From Raillietiella orientalis (lineage: Eukaryota), in contig JAYWIR010000012.1 of assembly GCA_036172245.1 (NCBI GenBank), positions 62,001 to 126,000 of the forward strand: a stretch of DNA of 64,000 nucleotides, read 5' to 3'. Positions 37,224 through 49,329 of this stretch are shown in pieces. The notes under the pieces were generated by a model. The model was not told the DNA's origin and did no database searches. It saw only the letters and a program-made list of their open reading frames with translations. Both the position numbers and the translations under genes were made by a program. The stretch's first letter is position 1. Each line of letters opens with the position of its first letter.

Positions 37224-39046
37224 TACAGGGTCCCCTTTCTCGCGGCTAGAGTCTACGCAAGCTACCGGGAAAAGAATCTTCGGGTTTAAAAGCAACCGGA
37301 CGGTTCTCATGGACGGGTATGGATGGTATTTTCAACTTAGGAAGCGCGTAGAAGTGACCAGGCCGGAGTCGTTTCCTTTTAATAGCTGAACGAGTGGAGA
37401 GGTCCTTACAGCAAGGGAAGGATATTTTGAAGGATGGAAGGACTCTATCCCGAAATACGATGCAGTTGATAAATCGAGCTTCCAGTATTCTTTGAGCACC
37501 CTGAGCTCACCAGCAGGATATTAGGCGAATATTTTCACAAATATGCATCCTCGCGAAATCGAGAATTTTCACTTGGAGTATTCCAAGCGTTCCTCAAGGA
37601 GCGGCTACGAGCCCGGGATCCAAAACGCGTGCGGTGGGACGCTGTTTTCCAGCCTCCTCGGACATCCGCCACTGGTTATCACTTTATTTGTGACGGAATT
37701 TTCCAGCATGCTAAATTCAAAGTCGCCTTCCGATGTTTGCTTCCGTTGTCGTCTTTTCCTTATTGGAGCCAGCTGCTGAGAACCTTATGACAGGATTGAT
37801 CACGTGTGCTCGTGACGTAATCTGGATGAGTCAATTTTCCGAGCAAGTTCCCGAATAGGTGACGCTCTTTTTGGTTGTGCGCAGCTTTGGAAAGCCGTTC
37901 CAGGAACCCGCCCTCTTTTTTGGGGGATCGGTTTTTTTTCGCAGGGAACTACAGGTAGATCCACTCTACAAGCTGCGTCTTCCTCGAGAGAAGCGCGCTC
38001 GACCTTTGACCTTCACGGCACCTATGCTGCTCTTTGTCGGGAGACCCGGAGTTCAAGTCAAGGAGTTCAGGTGAGCCATGGACTTGAAGGGAAGTCCGCA
38101 CATCCAAGGAAAGCCGAAGAACCCGCAAGGCACGCACAGTGCCCCGAGGAGCAAAATGTCCAGGTGGAAGCCTGTCCCTTTTTTCAGGTTGCGCTCTTTG
38201 CTGCAGATAAGCAACCTAGACGGAAAGGACTGAACGGACGAGGACTGCTCGGCTTACTCTGTGATCTGCGTCTTCAGGAAGAGCAAGACGTACAGGAATA
38301 CGGCGGGAACGAAGCTCCCGAAGTAGATCCAGATGGGGAGAACGGTTGTCGTTTCCAGTGGACTAATGAGCCAGGACCTGAGTTCGTAAGAGGTCGGGAA
38401 CACCTTGGGAATGAGCAAGGTTTCCAAGCTCCCGATTTCTAGGAAACTAGCAGCCGACACCATCGCTGCGATGGAACCGGGCACCGTGAAATTGCCGATA
38501 ATCTGCCGTGTCTGCAACGGAAAAGAGGGACGAATCCTCGTCCACGTCGAGAAAATGCGTGGGTCCTGAAGGGCGAGGCCTGCAAAGAAACGTACTTTAT
38601 GCCCGAAAAGGACGCTCCTCTTTATGCTTCTGAGCAGGTAAGCCATGCTGAAGGTCCCCAGCATCACCAATGTTGACAGGAGCGCTGTGTTGGATGGAAG
38701 GGCCACAGACAGTCTAATTCGAAAAGATACAGTGTCTAACAAGAAGTGCAACCACTGAACGCTATAGGCAGCGGTTCCTCCGTAATGATATTGCCTAGAT
38801 GCTCAACAAGTGCCCAGCTCGAGTGTGGAGCGCCCCTCCGGCTCGTGGTGGTCGCGTCCAGATGTTTCGCGTGAGAGCCTACTCTGCAGGAGTCATCGGT
38901 GACCACCGCTTTCGCGAGAAAACGAAAACAGCACGTGGGAATCGCAGTCCTGGCTCACCTGAAACCCAAGCGACGAAAACGCCCATCTGGGCAGCGTGAC
39001 AGTCAGATGACTTCACTCGATGTTTTTCCACGGGACCGACCCAAAC

Positions 39047-39710
39047 CGTCCGCGTTGGCCTACCGTGTGACTGCGGTCTCCACGCGTGGCACCGAGCTTC
39101 GTGGGTTCGAAACCCGCACGCGTAATGGTCGACGTCGAGAAATGAGGGGTGCGTCGTGGTATTCGAGGTCCCCTCCACAAGGTGACGCTAGCTGACTCAC
39201 GGACATTAAGTACGACACTGCTGGAAGAAGCCAGGTGACCCCGTTAACTTGCTGGGGCTGGGAATTGACCTCTGTGGTCCATCTACAAATCAAGGGACCC
39301 TTTGAGGTTCTCCTCCGATTGTCAAAATGGAGCAATCCTTCCTTTCGGGGAAGACCTCCGTCTCGTACCATGGAGCGTCCGTAGTGCTACCTCTCCAGAG
39401 TGTTACAGAATCGCGCTGCTCCCTTCGAGGAGCATCCTTCTGAGAAATTGGGAACCGTCCTTTCAGCGTTCTCTTCAGAAAAGGAAACAAGAAGCGGTTC
39501 CTTTCCGGACTCCCTTCGGAGGGGAAACTAAGGAGGATCCCCTCCATAGAGAACATGGGAGAGGTTTCCTTCGGAGTTCCTCTCTTAAGCTTCAGAGGAA
39601 CGAACTCCCCTTCCTCCGGAGCCTTCCTGGATTCATAGGTAGGTCCCTACGGGTTTATCCCCTAACGTGAAGAGTTGCAGGGATCCTTGAGCGGTGCTTA
39701 AAGGTTTTTT
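39047..39710 (+). repeat. tRNA-headed dispersed repeat copy
   Basis: CGCGTTGGCCTACCGTGTG...CGCGTGGCACCGAG..GGGTTCGAAACCCGCACGCG; body AACAAGAAGCGGTTCCTTTCC shared with 15080 and 16487. Confidence 0.7.
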
Positions 39711-40149
39711 TTTTCCATTTCCTAAGGAGGAGAGCGGTTCTTGAATACCTGGCGAACAAGGTACGAAAACAGAAGAACCCAGAAGGAATCCGCCAGAGCG
39801 AGGAGCTCTCTTCCCAACGAGCTCGAAACCGTTTCCATTAGAGCAGCAGGTAGCAGCCTCTCGGATGGATGCGGGCTGACTTGCGGCCCGTGGTCAAAGA
39901 TTCGCAGATAAAACGAAAGGTAGGGATAAAATCGTGCCTCAGAACCGGATGGTCCACCTCCTGTAATGCAGTGGCTTCGGGATGGTGCGCGGAGTGGCCG
40001 CGTGTGTGCCACGTGCAACAATCTTCCAGCGAACCGCGCCGATCCCGAGATGGCATCCGCAGTCGTCGTAGGACCCTGCGGATTTCCGCACCGAGGGAAT
40101 GACGGGCAATGAGGAAACCGAGGAGAACGGGCGAAATCTTTCGGGAGGA

Positions 40150-40660
40150 AGGTGACGCGTCGCAACATCCAGTAACATCTGTCTTCGCTGCTTTCCTTCC
40201 AGCTTTTCTTTTCATTGTTTTTAGTTCGCTGAGTACCTCTGTAGCCGTTGCGTGCCCAGCGTCCAAGCAGCTCTTTGACACTGTTCTACGCACTCCGAGT
40301 GTGCGTAAAACCCTTCATCATGGGGGATACCCCGTGATGGCGCAATCTAATGAATCTAGGAAGGGGAGTCACTCCTGGGTGGGATCCCGGGAAGGCAATC
40401 TCCTTCCTCATTCTCTCTGGAGGGATCTGCATCATGCCTTCTTCTCCGTAGGGAATTCAGAAAGGATAGTCTATTGAAATTTGTTCTCCAGAGGGAACCG
40501 TTTTTCTGAAGAGAACGGCGGAGGTACGCTTCCGAATCTGCACTGAAGGGTCGCTCGCCGAAGGGTACAGCAGTCTGTGCACTCTGGAAGGGGCGCATCA
40601 TCATCGACCCACCATCTCCTTGGTACGAGATGGTTCACCACGCAACCGGAAGGGGACCTT
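40150..40660 (-). repeat. Headless copy of the same repeat body
   Basis: Minus strand TCCCTCCAGAGAGAATGAGGAAGGAGA vs 16608 TCCCTCCGGAGAGAATGAGGAAGGAGA; the tail matches 34100-34270. Confidence 0.6.
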
Positions 40661-43487
40661 CGAAAAAAACCTGCTAAAAAAGAAATCAAGGGAACGAAAT
40701 ATCTGCTACCTGCATCACATTCTTCAGAAGCTGACATGCTGCTTACTGTGGATGGCCGGGCGAGATCCTTGTTTTAACAGCAGGAACCGCTGTGTGGAAA
40801 ATTTTTCCTCTAGGAAATGTGCGTATGTGTGTTTCATTACATATCCTCAAGTGTGACATGAAAAGTGACCTGACGATGGATTGCGGTGCTTCCGGTTTTA
40901 CCCGAATGAGGAAACAGCTACACAAGGAATGGCTGACTGCTGTCAGCGCAATTTTAATGGGTTTTCCCTTGGACGCAGAGCTGTTCGTAAGCAAATGATT
41001 TTGAAGGACCCGAAGGTGGAGCTCAACCACGGTGGCATACACGAAGAGCCTCAGTCTACTCGTGAGACAGGTGAGCGAACAGGAGTTCCCATCAAACAGC
41101 CAGCAGTCCTGCGGGTAACTGCGCTACACTGCTCAACCAGATTCTTTCCTTGAAAGCGAAATCGGAAGACCATGGTGGTTTTACTTGGAGGAGGTCACTC
41201 AGAAGCGCTCTACCCCCCACACCTGGCCGCAAAGGAACAGCGACGCGCGGGTGCAGGACCAGAAGTGGGCCTACTCACCTGTCGCGCCCTTTCCGGTGAC
41301 TTTATTCGGTAGTAATCGTTTTAAGGAAACCATCAGTTGTCACGGAATAGAGGGAAACGCATCTCGCGTTGCGTTCTGAACCCACTTTGCTCACGACTCG
41401 TATCAGAGTACTCCGAGAACCCCTTGAAGCCGCGCATGTTCCAGACTTGGTCCAGTTTGTGCCGTTTCGATCGATGGCCGATACGAGGTGTCCAACTATT
41501 GTTCCTGCCCATGGGAATACAACGTGGTGCCTTTGAATGGGTCTTCTCTTGCTGCGTGCTCCCTAGCTCCCGTTGAGCTTCATTCGTGTCCTGAAGACAC
41601 CCAGGGCACTTGACGCCAACACGGGCTCCGGGAGAAAGAGGGAGAGTAGGTTTGCAACACTTTCTGCCGCACCCATTCGTGCGCTGCCGTCGATTCTTCA
41701 AAGGAATAGCAACTTCCCTCGGAGAAGGGTCAGTGGTCATTTCGAAATATCGCATCTTCGGAAGTGTGCTCGCAAGGAATGGGCTGCTTGAAAGTGGCCG
41801 CCAGCAGGGCTTTCTTGCTCGTTCATTCGGTAAAGAGGATAAACCTCAGGAGATTCGGTACGCAGCTCGCAGTTCGGCTGCTGTGGCTCGCCAATTCTTG
41901 GTTGCATCGGCAGGTCTTCGCGCGAACATTCGAAACTCGAATGCTTCCTGTACCCTGGTCTTGCTGCACGTCGATTCAACTCTGCTTTCGAGATCCCTCT
42001 CCAGAGCACCATGCTCAGGATCTGACTCGTCCTTCAAGGGATGATTCCTTCCCAACACATCCGCCAGTTTCTCCTCTGATACGACTCCGCGGAATCAAAG
42101 AAAACAGCACGTGCTTGTCCAACGAGCTCTTCTTTCTTCACGCGAAGACTGCAAACTCTTCGAGTGGCCACTGGATGTAGGTACCTCGTATTCCCGAAAA
42201 GGAAATTCACGCTCCCAAAGAAAGCGCGCATCCCGAGATTCAAAAAGCAAGGAATTGGAATCCCCCTGCGTCCATTCGAACGACAACGGTGTGGCCTTCG
42301 TGTGTCGGTCGCAGCCGCAAACGCTCCAGGGACCGTTCGAATGAAGTCGATTCATACTTTTACGTCAAGTGTCTTTGGTTTCCCTCATAGTAAGAAACCG
42401 GTTTTGTTCTTCTCTACGCAACGCTCTTTGTATCCGGTGGCATGGCAATGGAACCCGGGGATCGCTTTGCCCGCAGCTAGTGGCACGCGAATGACCTGTG
42501 CCGATCGCAATCACGAAACATGATGGAAAGCAAAGACACGGAATTTTTCCTCATACATCAATATATGCACCTTTATTAGGATATGTATACTTATTCCAAT
42601 TCATTTTCCTACGTGTTCTTAAAGTTAATTTTATTGGAAGGGATATAGTTACTACGATTCCGTGACCAACATTGTATTAATACGCTGTTTATTACAGGGT
42701 TCACGCATACTTTCATATTGAAGATTACGAATAGTAAGCTTATAGGCTTATTGCATATCGTGAAATGAATACTCATACAAGAATGATACATAGATAATTC
42801 CAAAGTAGAAAGGTGATAAAAAATAAATAGAGATGCTCATTCTACATAGATTAATATGCAAATTTATTTGAACACACATGCCTAACATATTTATCAACAC
42901 TCATTTTATTAACAGTAACATCATTGGAACATACATTTTATTACTATAATTACTAGCTTGTTGATTATATTCGTGCTATGTATGTTGAAGATTATAAAAA
43001 GAAGCAGAAGTGCCTATCACACACAACAAGATTCATTGATAATATCAATACATATGTACATCTAAAAAAGCGCATGAATACGTATAAATATACAATTTAG
43101 CGCATATATTAAGCATACGTATTTATGTATTCATAATCTTCAGTACGTATCTCAATCCGTATATTGATTTTTCCATAGGTATATTTGTGAATATATATTT
43201 ACGTTGTATAATCTTCGGGATATTAATCATCATTGATATCCATTAATTCATATAACCAACTATATATAATAGTCAGATGTATTTATTTTCAATAATCCTT
43301 AATATACATAGATATAAGCCGCTTCTCAATTTTATTAATAAAACTGTATACCACTGAATTTTGATAATTGCATCTGCCCGAATGTTAGTGTTAATAATAC
43401 GTATACTCACAAATATGAATAAATATGCCCATTAGCATAAATGTGTACATTAATCTACATAGAATAAGCACATGTGTAATTTGATTT

Positions 43488-43600
43488 CTTATGATCTGGG
43501 GGGATTTCGAACCAGACCCGCGAATGACGCATGCCCACGTGACCTGAGCACAGGGTTACCAGATCGGCAGGCAATGTACCCAATACTACACCATGCATAA
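43488..43600 (-). other. tRNA-like A/B-box sequence (SINE head or tRNA pseudogene)
   Basis: Minus strand TGGTGTAGTATTGG ... GGTTCGAAATCCC with an over-long spacer. Confidence 0.35.
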
Positions 43601-45039
43601 CAGCTGAGGCGTCAGCCACACCCGTTTACAAGGGAACTCTCAAGGAGAATGGAGGAAAAAGGAATTTTTCAATGTGGAGTAAATCGAGGAGAGAATGGTG
43701 GACTTGATGACCGAGAAGAGCAAGCGGACTGATCGAAGCATAACAAAATGGACTTGGTGGATTGAGGCAAGCACAGTAAATGGAGGAAGAGCAAAGAAAA
43801 CGATATCACAAAAAACTACAAGGTCCAAACGGGCCAAGGGGATGTTCTGGATGGAGGAGAGCCGGATGCACCAAACGAATCGAAACAAGTGCAGAAGCTG
43901 AGGATTCGCGTAGTGCACTACGTGGATCGATGGTTGCAAGAGTTCGTCCAGATGAAGGAAAGCACGTGATCGAAGAAAGGAACTTAATGAGCGCATTCCT
44001 TGGGTCCGAAAGGTCTTCGGAACGGTTGGGTAAGCAGATGGGGCAAGACCAGAATGGACCCTGGTAGCTGACATGGAGAAGAAGGCCATTTCTCGTGCCG
44101 CGCCGCACCACTTCGTTCCTTCGCGACAGAATCAGAAAATACGAGGCGGAGCTGGTCTGCACGGAGGGCGCCGCAGCGGAGCGAACGGGAGGTACGTGCA
44201 CGTGACCGTAGAGAAGGTCCTTACCAGTCTTTGTCGGAAGTTCGTTGAGTGGCGTTCGAGCGGTCAGGAAGTTGGGACTGCTGGAGGTAGATCTGAAGGA
44301 AACGGAGCGGTGCGCCGATACAGGCCTACACGGGAGTGCCTACTTTGTAGAGCTTGTGGAACGCCTCGTATATGAAGAACACGGATACGAAGAAGGAGAA
44401 GATTTCCTCCGTGAACCTGGTGAACCAGTGCACCAGGACGCTGCCATCGAGGCAGGAGACCACGATCGCCACGGCGAAGGTCCACATGCCGATCCAGATG
44501 CGGGAGGACAGAAAGTCCACCTCCAGGTACCTGCAGACCTGGGGAGGGCAGGGTGAGCTTACGGTGCTGGACGTGACCACACTGAAGCGTACCGCGAAGA
44601 GGTTTGCATCGTAGAGCAGTCCGGATGCCATGCTCGCGGGGATCACAAGCGGCTAGGCGGACAGCAGGGAAAAGATGACACCGGAGACGGCGGTCGCCAG
44701 GATGTTCTCGGACACGCCGATCAGGTTGCCGGTCTTCTCGCCTGGAGGAGGCTGCGGTTCGCCCCGACCTCCGGGCGGGTGAGGCCGCACACACTGTACA
44801 GACCGCCCATCGTGACCGCGGAGAAGAGCTGGGCGAAATGAATGGAGAGAACGGTGGTCAGGACGCTGAGATGGAGGCCGTCCTTGAGATCCGAAGGGTA
44901 CTCGGAGTACCTTCGCTTCACTTCCTGGATGACCCCGTCGAAGAACCTGTTGAACCTCTTCCTCGTGTCGGAGCGGTCCCCACCGGAGGACGGGGGAGGG
45001 AACCCTGGAACAGGGAGCGGGTAAAAGTCAGGCGGGGTC

Positions 45040-47862
45040 CTTCCATCACAGGTAGCACGACAGCCCAGCCTGCTGGACGACGAAGGCCAGGAGCACTCGG
45101 CCCCGGCAGAGGTGAGCAGCCTAGTGCGTGGTTATTATTCCTCCCTGTACACCAGGGTGCCTCCGGACCGGGATTTTTCCCGGCTTTTGCTTCCGGATGG
45201 CGCCCCGGCGATCGGGGAGGAAGAGAGAGCACGCCTGGATGAGCCTTTCACGATGGGTGAAATCATCACCGCAATCGGGAAGCTCAAAAGGCGGAAGTCA
45301 CCGGGGGAGGACGGCCTGCCCGCGGAGTTTTGTCGATGCTTCGCGGCGGAGCTTGCCCCCCTGGTGCAGCGGTCAACGCTGCTGATCCGGGAGGCAGGCG
45401 ACGTTCCCGCCTCCTTCCGATCGGCACGGATGCGTCTTCTCCCGAAGGGAGGAGACTTACGGAACCTCAGCAATTGGCGTCCGATCACCGTTTCAAACGC
45501 GTACGCCAAGCTGTTTGCGAAGCTATGGTCGGAACGAATGGGGCGGATGGCGGAAAGCTTCATCAGCCCGGAACAGACATACTCGGTTCCCGGGCGAAGC
45601 ATGGACGCCAACCTGCTCTTCGCGAACACCGGTTCGAGTTCCAGCGGTGTAGAGTAGATGAAAAGAATAAGGTCGGCACCCCGAGTTGCGGGACGTCCGC
45701 TGGTGGTTCGCGAGATGGTCGGGAGCGCGAGGGGGCCCTCGCGGTCGCAGTCGATCTGCGAAAAGCATTTGACTGCGTTGACCAAGAGCTCCTGCTGGAG
45801 CTAATGGAACGTCTGGGATTCCCGGCCTCCTTATTAGCCTTTCTGCGCTCTTGCTTGCGCGATGCGCTGACCAATATTTTTTTCAGAGGAAGAAACGTGT
45901 TCGGTGTGCCGGTGCGCCGCGGGATACGGCAGGGTGACAGCTTGAGCCCCTTGCTTTTCAGCACCTACTTCGAGCTGGTGCTGAGGACATACAGGGAGAT
46001 TCTTGGTCGCCTGCCGCGCGTGTGCCCAGGTACACCGGCCGTGGCGTCTTATGCGGACGATCTTTTGCTGCTGCTCCCCATGTCCACCCCGGCGTCGGCG
46101 GTCGAAAACTTTTTCGAGCTGCTGCGTCGCTGAACAGGGCTGGAGGTGAACAGAGCGAAGTCGTCCGTGGTTGCAGTTGGTTCAGCGCGGGCAGGGCAGC
46201 CGGACAGGTCTAGCTTAAGGATCCCCACGGTACCGTACTTTAAGTACCTTGGTGTGCCGTTGGGAAACTATTCCCCTGCGGAAGCGTGGTCTAGCTGCCT
46301 CCAAAAGGCCGAGAGAGCGATCGGCCCGTTCCTGGATGGCAAGTTTTTTTTGCCGGAACGGGCCGTGGTGTGGAACACGTTCGTGGCCGCCCTTTTTCGC
46401 TTCTTGCTTTTTGTTTGCCCTCCACCCTGCGGTGTCAGAAAACGGACGAAGGACCTCCTCAGAATCGCCCTTTGGGGCAGAGGTAGGTCCCGAGTCCGTT
46501 TGAAGGACTTATGTGCCCCTCGTCGCGATGGAGGCCTCGGCCTCCTCACGCTGGAGCGGCTGGAACTGCAGCTGCAGTTCAGGACTCTAGCTCTAGTAGC
46601 GAAGCTATGGAGCACCAGCTGGTGCGAGCATGCACGACGCCTGGTTCAGCGAGCTAGCGGCTGCGCGGGACTGTCTACCTTCCTAGCGCGCCGCAAACGC
46701 CGGTACCTGTTCCACTGCGAACTGGCACTTCGGCGAGTGGCGAAGCTGACCAGAACGAACACCTGGATCTCCTGACGGCCCGCGAACGGTACTTCCTAGT
46801 TGCAGGAAAGCCTTCGCACGTGGGCCCAGATCGAGGAAGCGAGCCCGGAGTTGCGGCAGCGAATGCTGCTCTCCTATCACAAGAGCCGCTCGCTGCAGGA
46901 CATCATTATGCAGCCCACCTTGAGCGCATGGGCTGAGAGGACCTCCCTTGCCACGGCTCTGTTCCACCTTAGGGATCACCTGGGCAGTAGCCAGCCGGCG
47001 AAATGGGAAGTCAGGTGCAGTATCTCTGGAAGAGAGAGAGATCAAGGTGGTTGGATCACGGGCCAGTTGACAGACGCTGCGACCCCAAGTGCCCCACCAA
47101 AGGGACTATTGCGCTGGGGCGAGCTGCTAAGCATCCCCATGAATGTACTCGAGTGGCCCTCGGTGCTGAAGACTACCCGGGCCCTCCCCCTGAAGTGGCA
47201 GGAGTCGGCGTTCCTGGTGTTGCACTGGGGACTCCCCAGCAACGCCCGCCGTTCGCACTGGACCAGGGGGGGCTGTGGACCCAAATTGTGTCAGGTGCGG
47301 GGAACGGGAAACCCTCCCGCACCTGCTTCTTGACTGTGTTGTTCTCCGGCCTCTGTGGTTGCGTTTCGCAACGGTCCTAGGAGCACCCACGATCAACCCT
47401 AGAGACGTTCTGACGCGCCTCTTTGTGCATGACGCCCTTCGGCCTGCCGCAGCCCTTGCAGCTCTTTGCTGCCTACGAGGGATTGTGGCGGTCTGGAACA
47501 CCGCCACTGGTGGACTGAACGACAGGGACATCATCTGCTCCGCCCTACGTTTCCTAAGGACGGCAGCCAGATGGTCCCATTTCGGGCATATGCGGACCGA
47601 ACTTGCCGGCATCCTGGAAAGGATGTAGAGGACCACCCCAGCGGAATGTGATCCCTTCCCCAACTCTTCCCTGCTTTTGTAAATAGAGTTTTCTTTTTGT
47701 TTGTATTTGTCCTTCCCCCCCCGCTGCAGAGTCGAACTCGCCAGCCTGCGTGCTGGCTACTCGGTAATTTCAGACTCTTTATTAGAACATTTTTTTTAGG
47801 ACGCTGTAGGGCCAATAGCCCTACACTTGCTTGTTTGTTTTTACTAAAAAAATAAGCGCCCC
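45040..47862 (+). mobile_element. 5'-truncated Tx1-like LINE (RT to 3' UTR), decayed
   Basis: LLDDEGQE..YYSSLY, GEDG, WRPIT, DLRKAFD, RQGDSLSP, YADD, KYLG, CVRCGERETLPHLLLDC; several frameshifts and stops. Confidence 0.93.
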
Positions 47863-48131
47863 TGCAGTGATGATTTCACCCATCGTGAAAGGCTCATCCA
47901 GGCGTGCTCTCTCTTCCTCCCCGATCGCCGGGGCGCCATCCGGAAGCAAAAGCCGGGAAAAATCCCGGTCCGGAGGCACCCTGGTGTACAGGGAGGAATA
48001 ATAACCACGCACTAGGCTGCTCACCTCTGCCGGGGCCGAGTGCTCCTGGCCTTCGTCGTCCAGCAGGCTGGGCTGTCGTGCTACCTGTGATGGAAGGACC
48101 CCGCCTGACTTTTACCCGCTCCCTGTTCCAG

Positions 48132-48911
48132 GGTTCCCTCCCCCGTCCTCCGGTGGGGACCGCTCCGACACGAGGAAGAGGTTCAACAGGTTCTTCGACG
48201 GGGTCATCCAGGAAGTGAAGCGAAGGTACTCCGAGTACCCTTCGGATCTCAAGGACGGCCTCCATCTCAGCGTCCTGACCACCGTTCTCTCCATTCATTT
48301 CGCCCAGCTCTTCTCCGCGGTCACGATGGGCGGTCTGTACAGTGTGTGCGGCCTCACCCGCCCGGAGGTCGGGGCGAACCGCAGCCTCCTCCAGGCGAGA
48401 AGACCGGCAACCTGATCGGCGTGTCCGAGAACATCCTGGCGACCGCCGTCTCCGGTGTCATCTTTTCCCTGCTGTCCGCCTAGCCGCTTGTGATCCCCGC
48501 GAGCATGGCATCCGGACTGCTCTACGATGCAAACCTCTTCGCGGTACGCTTCAGTGTGGTCACGTCCAGCACCGTAAGCTCACCCTGCCCTCCCCAGGTC
48601 TGCAGGTACCTGGAGGTGGACTTTCTGTCCTCCCGCATCTGGATCGGCATGTGGACCTTCGCCGTGGCGATCGTGGTCTCCTGCCTCGATGGCAGCGTCC
48701 TGGTGCACTGGTTCACCAGGTTCACGGAGGAAATCTTCTCCTTCTTCGTATCCGTGTTCTTCATATACGAGGCGTTCCACAAGCTCTACAAAGTAGGCAC
48801 TCCCGTGTAGGCCTGTATCGGCGCACCGCTCCGTTTCCTTCAGATCTACCTCCAGCAGTCCCAACTTCCTGACCGCTCGAACGCCACTCAACGAACTTCC
48901 GACAAAGACTG
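48132..48911 (+). pseudogene. Inverted copy of four SLC4 exons
   Basis: Exons 48132-48341, 48395-48543, 48598-48792 and 48844-48911; the same TAG at 48481. Confidence 0.9.
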
Positions 48912-49329
48912 GTAAGGACCTTCTCTACGGTCACGTGCACGTACCTCCCGTTCGCTCCGCTGCGGCGCCCTCCGTGCAGACCAGCTCCGCCTCGTATTTT
49001 CTGATTCTGTCGCGAAGGAACGAAGTGGTGCGGCGCGGCACGAGAAATGGCCTTCTTCTCCATGTCAGCTACCAGGGTCCATTCTGGTCTTGCCCCATCT
49101 GCTTACCCAACCGTTCCGAAGACCTTTCGGACCCAAGGAATGCGCTCATTAAGTTCCTTTCTTCGATCACGTGCTTTCCTTCATCTGGACGAACTCTTGC
49201 AACCATCGATCCACGTAGTGCACTACGCGAATCCTCAGCTTCTGCACTTGTTTCGATTCGTTTGGTGCATCCGGCTCTCCTCCATCCAGAACATCCCCTT
49301 GGCCCATTTGGACCTTGTAGTTTTTTTCT

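Larger units (their letters stand above)
32121..45004 (-). pseudogene. SLC4 (band 3/AE-like) bicarbonate transporter, membrane domain, with premature stops
   Basis: Exons ~45004-44795 (KRRYSEYPSDLKDG..AVTMGGL), 44741-44593 (EKTGNLIGVSE..A*PL), 44538-44344 (FTRFTEEIF), 44292-44225, ~38713-38596 (NTALLS), 38511-38258, 38215-38004 (KKGTGFHLD; TGA at 38055), 32790-32582 (EQRVS..VFGIFLYLG) and 32531-32358 (WRMHLYT); several ~50-bp introns. Confidence 0.9.
43810..49326. repeat. Long inverted duplication: arms 43810-45273 and 47863-49326, spacer 2589 bp
   Basis: Mirror-image ORFs share coordinate sum 93136; only two mismatches noticed, both near the arm ends. Confidence 0.95.
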
